64,000 nucleotides of DNA from Isoptericola halotolerans (GCF_013149785.1 NZ_JABEZU010000001.1:372001-436000), one strand, 5' to 3'. Numbered from the stretch's first letter, positions 19,472 through 30,879 are shown. Numbers and translations are program-made. The notes: a model not told the origin generated them from the letters alone.

Positions 19472-21730
19472 ATGACCGATTTGCCCTACCCCGTGTCGAC
19501 GACGGCACCGGTTTCCGGGGAGCAGCTGGCTCTCGCGCTCACCACGACCACCGTCCCGGCGTTCGTCACCGGGCCCTGGGAGGCCGGCATGCCGGTCATC
19601 TGGGTGAACGAGGCGTTCGAGCGGCTCGTCGGTGTCGGGGCGGAGGACCTCGGACTGCTGGGACCTCATCCCCTGCTGGCCCTGGTCGAGGACGACCCGC
19701 ACCGCGCGGCGGCCCAGGCGGACCTCGCCGCCGGACGGGCGATGCGGCGCATCGTCAGCGCCCGCAAGCGTGACGGCGGGGTGAGCTGGCTGCAAGTGGA
19801 CGTCACGCCGATGCCGCGCGCCGAGGGCGAGGAGCTGCGCTGGGTGGGCGTGACCACCGACGTCTCGGAGTACGTGGACCAGCAGGCGGCGCAGCTCGCC
19901 TCCCTCGAGGTCGAGCGCCGCGAGCGGGCCGACCTCGACCTCATCGCGCAGACCACGGAGCTGCTGGGTGACCTGGAGTACCCGTTCGCGCTGCGGGACA
20001 TCGCCGACCTGCTGCGGTCGCTGGTCCCGTGGAGCGGCTTCTACCTGAACGACGACGGGTTGCAGTACGCCGACGGCGTCGACGTCGCGTCCCCGCCGAC
20101 GGGGCGCGGTCGTCGGCACACCCGGTACGTGCCGGAGACGTGGCACGTCGACCTCGCCGGCGACCCCTCCGGGGTGGTCGGCGGTCACGCTGACGTCCAC
20201 GACGTCGGAACCGCTCCCAGCCCGGACGCCGCGCCCGCCGTCGACCACGTCCAGGAGCTGCTCGACGGCGTGGTCGACGGCCCCGTACGGCTCGACCTGA
20301 GCGGGTCCTACGGTCCGCACACCGCCTCGGGATGGTTGCGGCGGGACCTGGTGCGGCGCGTGGTGGAGGAGTCCGGCGTGGTGCCGCGCTCCGTCGTCGT
20401 GCACGCGGTCGCCGGACGACGGCGGGTGCTCGGCCTGCTGGCGACGTGGCACGGCGACGCCGCCCGCGGCCCCGGCGCCGATGCCGGCGGCCGGGCCGAG
20501 CCCGCGCCCGAGCACATCTTCACCGTGGTCGAGGTGGTCGCCCGCCGGGCCGGGACGGCGATCGACAACGCCCGGCTCTACGCCCGGGAGCACCGGCTCG
20601 CCGAGGCGCTCCAGCGCGCCATGCTCCCCGAGCAGGCCGACGTGACCGGGCTGGACGTCTGGACCTACTACGCCCCCAACGCCGAGCACGCCCAGGTGGG
20701 TGGCGACTGGTACGACGTCCTGCAGATCTCCGAGGGAACCGTCGGGCTCGTGATCGGCGACGTCGTCGGGCACGACGTCGAGGCCGCGGCCGCGATGGGG
20801 CAGCTGCGCTCGGTGGTCCGTGCCTACGCCTACGAGCTGACCACCCCCGGCACCGTGCTCGACCGGGTCGACCAGCTCGTCACCGGGATGCGCGTGCCGC
20901 GCCCGGCCTCCATGGTCTACGCCACCCTGCACCACGTGACCGACGACGACTCCTGGTCCGTCGAGTACACCCGGGCAGGTCACCTGCCACCCCTGCTGCT
21001 GCGCGACGGCGACGTGCGGCTGCTGTCCGGTGCCAGCGGCTCGCTGGTGGGGTTCGGCACCGCGGCACGCAAGACCGGCCGTGAGGTGCTGCGCCGCGGC
21101 GACGTGCTGCTGTTCTACACCGACGGGCTCATCGAGCGTCGCGACCGTTCGTTGAAGGTGGGGCTCGACACCCTGGTGGAGATGTCGGGCCGGATCACCG
21201 CACGGGACGCCGCCGGCGTCGGCGAGGAGCTGCTCTCCCGGCTGGCGGACTCCCCGGAGGACGACGTCGCGATCGTCGTGGTGCGGGTGCCCGACCCGGT
21301 CCAGGACGCCCAGGTGACGGCGCTCAGCCCGCGGTCCCGCCGGTGGTTGCTGCCGAGCGAGCCCGCCTCGATCGGGCGCGCACGCCACGCGGTGCTGCGG
21401 ACCTGCCAGGCCTGGGGTCTGGTGGAGTCCGCGGCGGCCGAGCTCGTGGTCTCCGAGCTCGTCGCCAACGGGGTGCTGCACGGCTGGGGCAACATCGCGC
21501 TGCGCCTCTTCGACACCGGCGACGGTCTGCGCATCGAGGTCGAGGACGCCAACCCGGCGCCCCCGGTGGCCACCGACGGTCACCCAAACCGAGTCGGCGG
21601 GTTCGGCATGCAGATCGTCGAGCGGCTCGCCGACTGGGGCTGGCGGCCGGCGGGGACCGGCAAGCTGGTCTGGGCCAAGCTCCGGCCGCAGCCGATGCAG
21701 CCCGACGAGCCGGCCCCCGCCCTCGGCTGA
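19472..21730 (+). CDS. PAS/GAF-SpoIIE (PP2C) phosphatase fused to RsbW-like HATPase
   Basis: PAS (WVNEAF...RKRDG...DVS); LQRAML; VGGDWYD, GDVVGH, AGHLPP, YTDGL, DDVA; SELVANGVLHG, GGFGM, GKLVW. Confidence 0.88.
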   Translation: MTDLPYPVSTTAPVSGEQLALALTTTTVPAFVTGPWEAGMPVIWVNEAFERLVGVGAEDLGLLGPHPLLALVEDDPHRAAAQADLAAGRAMRRIVSARKRDGGVSWLQVDVTPMPRAEGEELRWVGVTTDVSEYVDQQAAQLASLEVERRERADLDLIAQTTELLGDLEYPFALRDIADLLRSLVPWSGFYLNDDGLQYADGVDVASPPTGRGRRHTRYVPETWHVDLAGDPSGVVGGHADVHDVGTAPSPDAAPAVDHVQELLDGVVDGPVRLDLSGSYGPHTASGWLRRDLVRRVVEESGVVPRSVVVHAVAGRRRVLGLLATWHGDAARGPGADAGGRAEPAPEHIFTVVEVVARRAGTAIDNARLYAREHRLAEALQRAMLPEQADVTGLDVWTYYAPNAEHAQVGGDWYDVLQISEGTVGLVIGDVVGHDVEAAAAMGQLRSVVRAYAYELTTPGTVLDRVDQLVTGMRVPRPASMVYATLHHVTDDDSWSVEYTRAGHLPPLLLRDGDVRLLSGASGSLVGFGTAARKTGREVLRRGDVLLFYTDGLIERRDRSLKVGLDTLVEMSGRITARDAAGVGEELLSRLADSPEDDVAIVVVRVPDPVQDAQVTALSPRSRRWLLPSEPASIGRARHAVLRTCQAWGLVESAAAELVVSELVANGVLHGWGNIALRLFDTGDGLRIEVEDANPAPPVATDGHPNRVGGFGMQIVERLADWGWRPAGTGKLVWAKLRPQPMQPDEPAPALG

Positions 21731-21740
21731 GGGTGACGAC

Positions 21741-22184
21741 TCAGGCCAGCGCGCGGACCTCGCCCACGGAGGTCCCGGAGTCCACGAGGAACTGCCGGCA
21801 CCGGTCCGCCTCGGCCGTCTCCCCGATGCGGCCCGCGGCCCGGGAGAGGGCCAGCACGGACCGCAGGAACCCCTGGTTGGGGAGATGGTCCGCGGGGATC
21901 GGCCCCTGGCCTCGCCAGCCGGCCCGGCGCAGTGCGTCCAGCCCCCGGTGGTAGCCGGTCCGGGCCTGCGCATAGGCGGTCACGGCGTGGACGACGTCGT
22001 CGCCCCCGTCGAGGGTCTGCTCGGCCAGCACGGCCCAGGCCAGGCTGGACGCCGGGTGCGCCGCGGCGACGTGCGCCGGGACGCCCCCCTCCGCCAGTGC
22101 GGCGCGGGCAGCGGCGTGCTCGTCCGGCAGGTAGGTCGGTGCCGGACCACCGAGCAGGTTCTCCACAGGATCACTTGGGCTCAT
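21741..22184 (-). CDS. DUF3151 family protein
   Basis: NLLGGP, ARTGYHRGLDALRRAGWRG.GP, NQGFLR; usual neighbour of fba/purA. Confidence 0.85.
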   Translation of the reverse strand: MSPSDPVENLLGGPAPTYLPDEHAAARAALAEGGVPAHVAAAHPASSLAWAVLAEQTLDGGDDVVHAVTAYAQARTGYHRGLDALRRAGWRGQGPIPADHLPNQGFLRSVLALSRAAGRIGETAEADRCRQFLVDSGTSVGEVRALA

Positions 22185-22276
22185 GCGGCCCATTGTTCCA
22201 GGCAACAGGAGTGGCGCGTGCCCGCCGCGGGTGTTCAGGGCGTCGCCGGGCTCCCGACGCGGGTAGTCTCGTGCGC

Positions 22277-22654
22277 ATGATCGAGATCGCGACGTCCTCG
22301 ACGACGACGACGCTCGTGATCGCCGGTGATCTCGACCTCGCCGAACGGGACCAGTTCCCCGAGATCGCGGCGCGGGTCGTCGGGCTGCGCCGACAGCTCC
22401 TGGTGATCGACATGTGCCGGGTGACCTTCATGGACTCCACGGGCGCGGCGTTCCTCATCTCGCTGGCGGACTCGGGGCGCAAGAGGGGCGGCGCGACGGT
22501 CCTGCGCGGCGCCGACGAGCGTGACCTGTTCGTGCTGGAGGTGTGCGGTGCGCTCGACCTGTTCCGCGTCGACCACGACCACCACTGCGAGCAGTCGGAC
22601 GTCTCCACGGGCGCCACACCGGTACATCTCCCGCAGCGGCACCGTCCTTCCTGA
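22277..22654 (+). CDS. STAS-domain anti-sigma factor antagonist (Cys/His-containing)
   Basis: IAGDLD, VTFMDSTG; ATG 7 nt after TAGTCT. Confidence 0.82.
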   Translation: MIEIATSSTTTTLVIAGDLDLAERDQFPEIAARVVGLRRQLLVIDMCRVTFMDSTGAAFLISLADSGRKRGGATVLRGADERDLFVLEVCGALDLFRVDHDHHCEQSDVSTGATPVHLPQRHRPS

Positions 22655-22739
22655 CCCGCAGACAGGTCACGGGCGGGTAAACTCTGCCGAGGCCCGGCGG
22701 CAGCCCCCGGGTCCACCGATTCACGAGGAGAGTTGATCC

Positions 22740-24035
22740 ATGCCAGCCGTGGTGCTCGTCGGCGCCCAGTGGGGCGATGAGGGCAAGGGGAAGGCGACCG
22801 ATCTTCTCGGAGACCGCGTCGACTACGTGGTGAAGTTCAACGGCGGCAACAACGCCGGGCACACCGTCGTCATCGGGGACGAGAAGTACGCCCTGCACCT
22901 GCTGCCGTCCGGCATCCTGTCGCCCGGCGTCACGCCCGTCATCTCGAACGGTGTCGTGGTGGACATCGAGGTCCTCTTCGAGGAGCTGGACGGCCTGATC
23001 GAGCGTGGGGTGGACGTGTCGCGTCTGCTCGTCTCGCAGGGAGCCCACGTGATCGCCGGGTACCACCGCACCGTCGACAAGGTGACCGAGCGGTTCCTCG
23101 GCAAGCGCAAGATCGGCACCACCGGTCGTGGCATCGGTCCGGCGTACGCGGACAAGATCAACCGGGTCGGCCTGCGGGTCGCGGACCTCTTCGACGAGAA
23201 GATCCTCGCCGAGAAGATCGAGGGCGCGCTCGACCAGAAGAACCACCTGCTGGTGAAGGTCTACAACCGGCGTGCGATCGAGGTGCAGGAGACGGTCGAC
23301 GAGCTGCTGCAGCACGCCGAGCGGCTGCGGCCGATGGTGGCCGACACGGGGCTCGCCCTGAACCAGGCGTTGGACCGTGGCGAGACCGTCCTGTTCGAGG
23401 GCGGCCAGGCGACCATGCTCGACGTCGACCACGGCACGTACCCGTTCGTGACGTCGTCGAACGCGACGGCGGGCGGCGCGGTGACCGGGTCGGGCGTCGG
23501 GCCCACGCGTGTGGACTCGGTGATCGGTGTCGTCAAGGCCTACACGACCCGGGTGGGCGAGGGACCGTTCCCCACCGAGCTCTTCGACGACAAGGGTGCC
23601 TACCTGCAGAAGGCCGGCGGCGAGTTCGGCGTCACCACCGGGCGGCCGCGCCGCTGCGGCTGGTACGACGCCGTCATCTCCCGCTATGCCGCCCGCGTCA
23701 ACGGCCTGACGGACCTGGTGCTGACCAAGCTCGACGTGCTCACCGGGCTCGAGAAGGTCCCGGTGTGCGTGGCCTACGACGTCGACGGCGAGCGGTACGA
23801 CGAGATGCCGATCGACCAGACGGCGTTCCACCACGCGAAGCCGATCTACGAGGAGCTCGACGGGTGGTGGGAGGACATCTCGCACTGCCGCACCTTCGAG
23901 GACCTGCCGGTCAACGCCCAGCGCTACGTGCGCCGGCTGGAGGAGATCTCCGGCTGCCGCGTCTCCGCCATCGGTGTCGGTCCTCGTCGCGACGAGATCA
24001 TCGGCATCCACGACCTGGTCCACCCGCGGGCCTGA
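22740..24035 (+). CDS. purA: adenylosuccinate synthetase
   Basis: [36 protein letters not shown]. Confidence 0.97.
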   Translation: MPAVVLVGAQWGDEGKGKATDLLGDRVDYVVKFNGGNNAGHTVVIGDEKYALHLLPSGILSPGVTPVISNGVVVDIEVLFEELDGLIERGVDVSRLLVSQGAHVIAGYHRTVDKVTERFLGKRKIGTTGRGIGPAYADKINRVGLRVADLFDEKILAEKIEGALDQKNHLLVKVYNRRAIEVQETVDELLQHAERLRPMVADTGLALNQALDRGETVLFEGGQATMLDVDHGTYPFVTSSNATAGGAVTGSGVGPTRVDSVIGVVKAYTTRVGEGPFPTELFDDKGAYLQKAGGEFGVTTGRPRRCGWYDAVISRYAARVNGLTDLVLTKLDVLTGLEKVPVCVAYDVDGERYDEMPIDQTAFHHAKPIYEELDGWWEDISHCRTFEDLPVNAQRYVRRLEEISGCRVSAIGVGPRRDEIIGIHDLVHPRA

Positions 24036-24057
24036 GCGCCGCCTACACTGGCTGCCC

Positions 24058-25350
24058 GTGAAGATCCTCGTCGTCGGGAACGGTGCTCGCGAGCACGCCA
24101 TCGTCCATTCCCTCGCAGCGGAGCCGGTCACGGTCGGCGTCACGCACGAGCTGCACGCCGCCCCGGGCAACCCGGGGATGGGTGCGCAGGCCAGGTTGCA
24201 CGCGGTCGACCCGGACGACGGCGGAGCGGTGGCGACGCTCGCCACCTCACTGGGCGCTGACCTCGTCGTCGTCGGCCCGGAGGCACCGCTCGTCGCCGGC
24301 GTCGCGGACGCCGTGCGCGACGCGGGGATCCCGGTGTTCGGGCCGTCCGCCGAGGCGGCGCGGCTGGAGGGCTCGAAGGCCTTCGCCAAGGAGGTCATGG
24401 CCACCGCGAACGTGCCGACCGCGATGGCGCACGTGTGCACCACCCTCGACGAGGTGGCTGCCGCGTTGGACGCCTTCGGTCCGCCCTTCGTGGTCAAGGA
24501 CGACGGGCTGGCCGCCGGCAAGGGCGTCGTGGTGACCTCCGACCGGGACGCCGCGCTGGAGCACGCGCGCGCCTCCCTGGTCGCTCGCGGGGACGCAGGC
24601 ACGGTGGTGGTCGAGGAGTACCTCGACGGTCCCGAGGTCTCGCTGTTCTGCCTGTGCGACGGCTCGACCGTGGTGCCGCTCGTCCCGGCCCAGGACTTCA
24701 AGCGCGTGGGCGACGACGACGCCGGTCCGAACACGGGCGGGATGGGCGCCTACACCCCTCTCGACTGGGCGCCTGCGGGGCTCGTCGGCGAGGTGGTCGA
24801 CCGCATCGCCCAGCCCACCGTCGACGAGATGGCCCGCCGCGGCACCCCGTTCTCCGGTGTGCTCTACGTCGGGCTCGCGCTCACGTCCCGCGGCACCCGC
24901 GTGGTGGAGTTCAACGTGCGCTTCGGCGACCCGGAGATCCAGGCCGTCCTCGCGCGGCTGCGCACGCCCCTGTCCGGGGTGCTGCTGGCCGCCGCCCAGG
25001 GTGGTCTCGCCCAGCTCGAACCCCTGACCTGGACCGACGACGCCGTCGTCAACGTCGTCGTGGCCTCGCAGGGCTACCCGGAGTCCCCCCGGAAGGGCGA
25101 CCCGATCACCGGGATCGACGCCGCAGCCGCGCTGGACGGCGTGCACGTGCTGCACGCGGGCACCGCGGTCGACGACGGCGCGCTGGTGAGCGCGGGCGGT
25201 CGCGTGCTGTCCGTGGTCGGGCGGGGTGACGACCTCGCCGCCGCGCGCGCCGCGTCGTACGCGGGGGTCGCGCTGATCGACCTGCCGGGGTCGCACCACC
25301 GGACCGACATCGCCCTGAAGGCCGAGCGTGGCGAGGTCGCGGTTCCCTGA
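24058..25350 (+). CDS. purD: phosphoribosylamine-glycine ligase
   Basis: GNGAREHA, GPEAPL, LEGSK, GLAAGKGV, GPNTGGMG, RFGDPE. Confidence 0.96.
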   Translation: MKILVVGNGAREHAIVHSLAAEPVTVGVTHELHAAPGNPGMGAQARLHAVDPDDGGAVATLATSLGADLVVVGPEAPLVAGVADAVRDAGIPVFGPSAEAARLEGSKAFAKEVMATANVPTAMAHVCTTLDEVAAALDAFGPPFVVKDDGLAAGKGVVVTSDRDAALEHARASLVARGDAGTVVVEEYLDGPEVSLFCLCDGSTVVPLVPAQDFKRVGDDDAGPNTGGMGAYTPLDWAPAGLVGEVVDRIAQPTVDEMARRGTPFSGVLYVGLALTSRGTRVVEFNVRFGDPEIQAVLARLRTPLSGVLLAAAQGGLAQLEPLTWTDDAVVNVVVASQGYPESPRKGDPITGIDAAAALDGVHVLHAGTAVDDGALVSAGGRVLSVVGRGDDLAAARAASYAGVALIDLPGSHHRTDIALKAERGEVAVP

Positions 25351-25365
25351 CCTCGCGCCGGGCGG

Positions 25366-26478
25366 CTACGCGGACGTGACGTGGTCGAGGACCGGTGCCA
25401 GCAGCCGAGGCAGCGGCCCGGTGTCCAGCCCGCCGTCGTAGCGTCCGGTGGTCTGCACGACGACGAGGTCGTGCTCGGGGAGCAGGTGCAGGCGCTGGTC
25501 GCCGTTGCCGATGCCGCCCACCCAGCGGTCCCGCCCCTCGCCCTGCAGGTACCACTGGTAGCCGTAGCCGCCCCAGCCGGTCGACGTGTGCCGGGTGAGC
25601 ATCGTGGCGATCCAGTCGGCGGGGACGACCTGCTGCCCGTCCCAGGTGCCGCCGTCGAGCACGGTCTGCCCGATCCGGGCGAGGTCGCGCGGCGCGAACC
25701 GCAGCCCCGAGCAGGCGATGGGCGTGCGGTCGGTCGTGGCGGTCCACTCGACCCTCCCGAGACCGAGCGGGGCGAACAGGCGGCGTCGCGCGAACTCTGC
25801 CAGCGGCAGGCCGGTGCCGCGCGAGATCAGCCGGCCCAGAACCTCGGTGGTGCCGCCGCTGTAGTTCCACCGCTCGCCCGGGGGTGACACGACGGGACGC
25901 CCCAGGACGTAGCGGTACGGGTCCGCGGCCAGTCGCATCGCGATCTCGCCGTTGCGGGGGTCGGTGTACGGCGGCCGCTCCCACCACTCCAGCCCGGTGG
26001 TCATGGTCAGGGCGTGCCCGACGGTGATCCGGGCACGCTGCGGGTCCGTCGCCAGGTCGGCGTGCTCCGGGAACTGCTCCAGCAGCGGCGCCTCGGGGTC
26101 GGGCACCGAGCCGTCGGCCAGCGCGATGCCGTACAGCAGGGCCACGACGCTCTTGGACACCGAGCGCACGTCGTGCAGCGTGCGCGGCCCGAACGTCACG
26201 GTGCCGAGCGGCCTGCCCTGCCGGAAGTCCTTCCCGCGCCCGTACCACTCGGCGACCAGCTCGCCGCGGTGCACCACGACGACGCCGTGCAGCCCGGGGA
26301 CCTGGTCCGCCACCTGCCCGACGGCGGCACGCAGCTCCGCGGACGCCCCGCCGTCGGGCAGGGGCGCGCCCGAGGGCGCCGACCACGGTGCGCCCGGTTC
26401 GCCGTCACCGATGCGCAGCGTCGGGTTGAGGACGAACTCGCGCAGCGTCTTGACCGGGTGGGACGCGAACAGGTGCAT
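25366..26478 (-). CDS. serine hydrolase, beta-lactamase/AmpC-like family
   Basis: SVSKS (SxxK), LTMTTG, PGERWNYS, PRDLARIG, YGYQW. Confidence 0.85.
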   Translation of the reverse strand: MHLFASHPVKTLREFVLNPTLRIGDGEPGAPWSAPSGAPLPDGGASAELRAAVGQVADQVPGLHGVVVVHRGELVAEWYGRGKDFRQGRPLGTVTFGPRTLHDVRSVSKSVVALLYGIALADGSVPDPEAPLLEQFPEHADLATDPQRARITVGHALTMTTGLEWWERPPYTDPRNGEIAMRLAADPYRYVLGRPVVSPPGERWNYSGGTTEVLGRLISRGTGLPLAEFARRRLFAPLGLGRVEWTATTDRTPIACSGLRFAPRDLARIGQTVLDGGTWDGQQVVPADWIATMLTRHTSTGWGGYGYQWYLQGEGRDRWVGGIGNGDQRLHLLPEHDLVVVQTTGRYDGGLDTGPLPRLLAPVLDHVTSA

Positions 26479-26582
26479 GCTGCCTATCGTGGCGCACGGG
26501 CGAGGGCGTGAACAGGGTGGGTGCCGCGGCTGTCCTCGGACGCCGACGTCACCGGTCGAGCGGCAGTGAGAGACTGGGCGCC

Positions 26583-27543
<961 letters not shown>

Positions 27544-27566
<23 letters not shown>

Positions 27567-28077
27567 GCGCGTCGGTCGTCAGGTCCGGCTCCAGCTCCAC
27601 GGACTGCTGGGAGAGCTCGTTGATGCCCTCCTGGACGCCGTCCTGGAACTCCTCGGTGGTCACGATCCAGAGTAAGAACGCCACGAGCAGCGTCCAGGCG
27701 ATCGTGCTCAGCACGCCGAGCACGAGGCCCGCGATGGCGAGGCCCCTCCCGGAGCGGCCGGACCTCTTGGTGCGGACCATGCCGGCGATGCCGAGGCCGA
27801 CGGCGAGCAGCGCCGTGCCGAGCAGCCCTGCCACGAGGGCTGCGATGGCGACACCGTCCGTGCCTGCGGGCTGCTGCTGCGGCGCGGGGTAGGGCGACGG
27901 CCCGCTCGTCGGTGGCTGGGCCGGACCGTAGGGCGCGGCGCCCTGGGGCGGACCGTAGGGAGAGCTGCTCGGCGCCGGCGTCGTGCCGGGAGCGCCGTAC
28001 GGGTCCGCGGGCCCCGGTCGCGCGGGGCCGGCGTCGTCGGGCGGCCGGTAGGGGTCGGGCGAAGAGGTCGACGTCAC
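27544..28077 (-). CDS. DUF4190-like membrane protein with Pro-rich N-terminus
   Basis: PYG repeats, TDGVAIAALV, GRGLAIAGLVLG. Confidence 0.75.
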
Positions 28078-28295
28078 GAGGTTCTCCCAGGGTGTTCGAG
28101 GTCGTGTCCGACCTCGACCCTAGCGGCGCCCACCGATGTCGGGCGAGACACGGCACCGGGCCGACGGCGGGTAGACTGACCGCGGAATCCCGCCGTCGTG
28201 CTCCCGCCCCGTCTCGCGCCGCGTCGTACGCACCGCTCGCGCGCGGACCGGGAACCCGGAGCGACGGCCCGTGCTGAGCCCCTGAGGAGCCCGAA

Positions 28296-28568
28296 GTGGG
28301 ACGCGTCGTCGTCGAGGTCATGCCCAAGCCCGAGATCCTGGACCCCCAGGGCAAGGCTGTGGTCGGGGCGCTGCCGCGTCTTGGCTTCACCCAGTTCTCC
28401 GGTGTCCGCCAGGGCAAGCGGTTCGAGCTCGAGGTCGACGGCGAGGTGACGTCGGAGGTCCTGGACGCCGCGCGCCAGGCCGCGGAGACGCTGCTGTCGA
28501 ACCCGGTCATCGAGGACGTCGTGCGGGTCGCCGACGCCTCCGAGGAGTCGGCCGGAGCGGTGGCCTGA
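28296..28568 (+). CDS. purS: FGAM synthase subunit PurS
   Basis: [33 protein letters not shown]. Confidence 0.95.
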   Translation: MGRVVVEVMPKPEILDPQGKAVVGALPRLGFTQFSGVRQGKRFELEVDGEVTSEVLDAARQAAETLLSNPVIEDVVRVADASEESAGAVA

Positions 28569-29299
28569 TGAGCGCCGGCTCCGCCAGCACCACCTTGGAC
28601 AGCGCCCGGATCGGCGTCGTCACGTTCCCCGGCACGCTCGACGACCGCGACGCCGCCCGGGCGGTCCGCCTCGCCGGTGGTGAGCCGGTGTCGCTGTTCC
28701 ACGCGGACGGCGACCTGCAGGGCGTCGACGCCGTCGTCCTGCCCGGCGGCTTCTCGTACGGGGACTACCTGCGGGCCGGGGCGATCAGCCGGTTCGCGCC
28801 GGCGATGGACGCCCTCGTGGACGCCGCCAAGGGTGGGTTGCCGGTGCTCGGCATCTGCAACGGCTTCCAGGTCCTCACCGAGGCGCACCTGCTGCCGGGG
28901 TCGATGATCAAGAACGACCACCTGCACTTCGTGTGCCGCGAGCAGGTGCTCGCCGTCGAGAACGCCGAGACGGCCTGGACCAACGCCTACACCGCGGGGC
29001 AGCACATCACCATCCCGCTGAAGAACCAGGACGGCCAGTTCGTCGCCGACGAGCGCACCCTCGACGAGCTCGAGGGGGAGGGGCGCGTCGCCTTCCGGTA
29101 CGTCGGGGGCAACCCGAACGGGTCGCGCCGCGACATCGCCGGCATCTCGAACGCGGCGGGCAACGTCGTCGGCCTCATGCCGCACCCCGAGCACGCCGTC
29201 GAGGCAGGGTTCGGCCCGGACAGCCCTGCCGGGCAGCGTGCGGGCACCGACGGGCTCGGCTTCTTCACCTCGGTGCTGGCGTCCCTCGTCCACGCATGA
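28568..29299 (+). CDS. purQ: FGAM synthase glutaminase subunit PurQ
   Basis: [25 protein letters not shown]. Confidence 0.96.
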   Translation: MSAGSASTTLDSARIGVVTFPGTLDDRDAARAVRLAGGEPVSLFHADGDLQGVDAVVLPGGFSYGDYLRAGAISRFAPAMDALVDAAKGGLPVLGICNGFQVLTEAHLLPGSMIKNDHLHFVCREQVLAVENAETAWTNAYTAGQHITIPLKNQDGQFVADERTLDELEGEGRVAFRYVGGNPNGSRRDIAGISNAAGNVVGLMPHPEHAVEAGFGPDSPAGQRAGTDGLGFFTSVLASLVHA

Positions 29300-29395
29300 G
29301 CACGAGGAGCCCCCGCGGAGGTGCGCCGAGGGACGAGGTGTGCCGGAGCGAGGCACCGCAGGGTTCATGCGCAGGGAACCCCTCATGAGCCACGC

Positions 29396-29905
29396 ATGAC
29401 GGCTCAGACCTGCACCAGCACCGTCGAGGTCGGCGAGGTGCCGTGGGACCACCCCGACGCCGTCGCGCTGCGCGCGGAGGCGGTCGCGGACCTCGGACGC
29501 CGCTACGGCGGTGACGAGGACGCACGTGAGGTCATCGACCCCGCCACGATCGTGACGACGGTGCTGGCCCGGCTCGGTGGCGCCGTCGTGGGCTGCGGCA
29601 GCGTGCGCGACGTCTCCGGCACGCGCGACAACCGCGGCCCGGCGTCGACGCACCCCGCGGCGACCGGAGAGGTCAAGCGGGTGTTCGTGGCACCGGCGGC
29701 TCGCGGTCACGGCGTCGCCCGCTCGATCATGGGCGACCTGGAGCGCACCGCGCGGCGGGCAGGGTTCCGCCGCCTCGTGCTGGAGACCGGCACCGCGCAG
29801 CCCGAGGCCATGGGGCTCTACGAGACGCTCGGGTACGCGTCGATCGAGTCCTACGGCCGGTACGCCGCCGAGGCGGACCAGCGCTGCTACGGCAAGGACC
29901 TCTGA
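29396..29905 (+). CDS. GNAT N-acetyltransferase
   Basis: EVKRVFVAPAARGHG, LETGTAQPEAMGLYETLGY. Confidence 0.88.
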   Translation: MTAQTCTSTVEVGEVPWDHPDAVALRAEAVADLGRRYGGDEDAREVIDPATIVTTVLARLGGAVVGCGSVRDVSGTRDNRGPASTHPAATGEVKRVFVAPAARGHGVARSIMGDLERTARRAGFRRLVLETGTAQPEAMGLYETLGYASIESYGRYAAEADQRCYGKDL

Positions 29906-29930
29906 CCCGGCCCTCGCTCCGGCACGCATC

Positions 29931-29992
29931 ACTCGGCAGTTCTGGTTCCACTCGGCAACTCCAGCAGCCGAGCGGAGCTGGAACTGCCGAGT
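29931..29992. repeat. long imperfect inverted repeat between convergent genes
   Basis: ACTCGGCAGTTC..TTCCACTCGGC / GCCGAGCGGAG..GAACTGCCGAGT. Confidence 0.6.
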
Positions 29993-30879
29993 CAACCGAC
30001 CGACGTCAGCAGCGGCCGCACCTCGGCACCGAGGAACCGTGCGAACGCCGGCAGGTCCGGCTCGGAGGCGCTCGGCTGGATCGCCACGGCCGTGGCCCCG
30101 GCGTCGACGAGCGTCCGCACCGCCGCAGCGATCGACGCGGCGTCGCCGGCCGCGCCGATCCCTCGTCCCGGTTCGGCACCCCACTGCGGCAGCTCGGCGT
30201 CGAGCCGCTCCTGGGCGCGGGGCCCTGTCGTGGCGATGAGCGTGGCGTGCACGTCGGTCAGCTCTCGCCCGGCGTCCTGCGCGGCGCTCCGGGCCGCCGC
30301 CACCGACCCCCGCACGTCGTCGGGCGTCAGGGCGTTGGCGAGGATCAACCCGTCGCCGAGCTCTCCCACCAGCGCGAGCGACCGCGGGCCCACGCCGCCC
30401 AGCCACAGGGGGACCGGCTCCGTCGGCGGCCAGTCGAGCCGGACGGCGTCCAGCGAGACGTAGCGGCCCGACGTCGTCACCTCGTCGCCGGCGAGCAGCC
30501 GTCGCAGCGCCTCGGTGTGCTCGCGCAGCAGCGTGAGCGGCGACGAGACCCGCACGCCGGACTGGCCCATCCACTCCTGGACGCCGTGCCCGACACCGGG
30601 CACGAACCGTCCGGGGAAGGTGCGTGCCAGGGTCGCGACCTCCATGGCCGTGACGGCGGTGCTGCGCAGGGGGACGGGCAGGAGCCCGAGACCGACCCGG
30701 ATCCGGTCGGTCCACGCGAGCGCCGCGGCCGCCGAGGCGAGTCCGCTCTGCTTGAAGCAGTCCTCCCACACCCACAGGTCGTCGAGCCCTGCGGCTTCCG
30801 CCGCCTCGGCGAGCGCGCGCAGGGTCTCGGGGGCGTGCGTGGGGACGTGGGCGATGCCCAGACGAACGTCGGTGGTCAT
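29992..30879 (-). CDS. LLM-class flavin-dependent oxidoreductase
   Basis: AEAAGLDDLWVWED, PGRFVPGVGHG, GPRSLALVGELGDG. Confidence 0.85.
   Translation of the reverse strand: MTTDVRLGIAHVPTHAPETLRALAEAAEAAGLDDLWVWEDCFKQSGLASAAAALAWTDRIRVGLGLLPVPLRSTAVTAMEVATLARTFPGRFVPGVGHGVQEWMGQSGVRVSSPLTLLREHTEALRRLLAGDEVTTSGRYVSLDAVRLDWPPTEPVPLWLGGVGPRSLALVGELGDGLILANALTPDDVRGSVAAARSAAQDAGRELTDVHATLIATTGPRAQERLDAELPQWGAEPGRGIGAAGDAASIAAAVRTLVDAGATAVAIQPSASEPDLPAFARFLGAEVRPLLTSVG

Noticed and set aside
19544..19876. Functional LOV blue-light receptor
   Set aside because: The photoactive Cys and the NCRFLQ motif are absent; kept only as a degenerate PAS
25366..26478. Antibiotic-resistance beta-lactamase
   Set aside because: It has SxxK but no signal peptide and no YxN or KTG; more likely a cytoplasmic esterase or amidohydrolase of that fold
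28180..28290. Canonical ZMP/ZTP riboswitch
   Set aside because: The core GACTGGCG and 3' pseudoknot CGCCTGGG are not present
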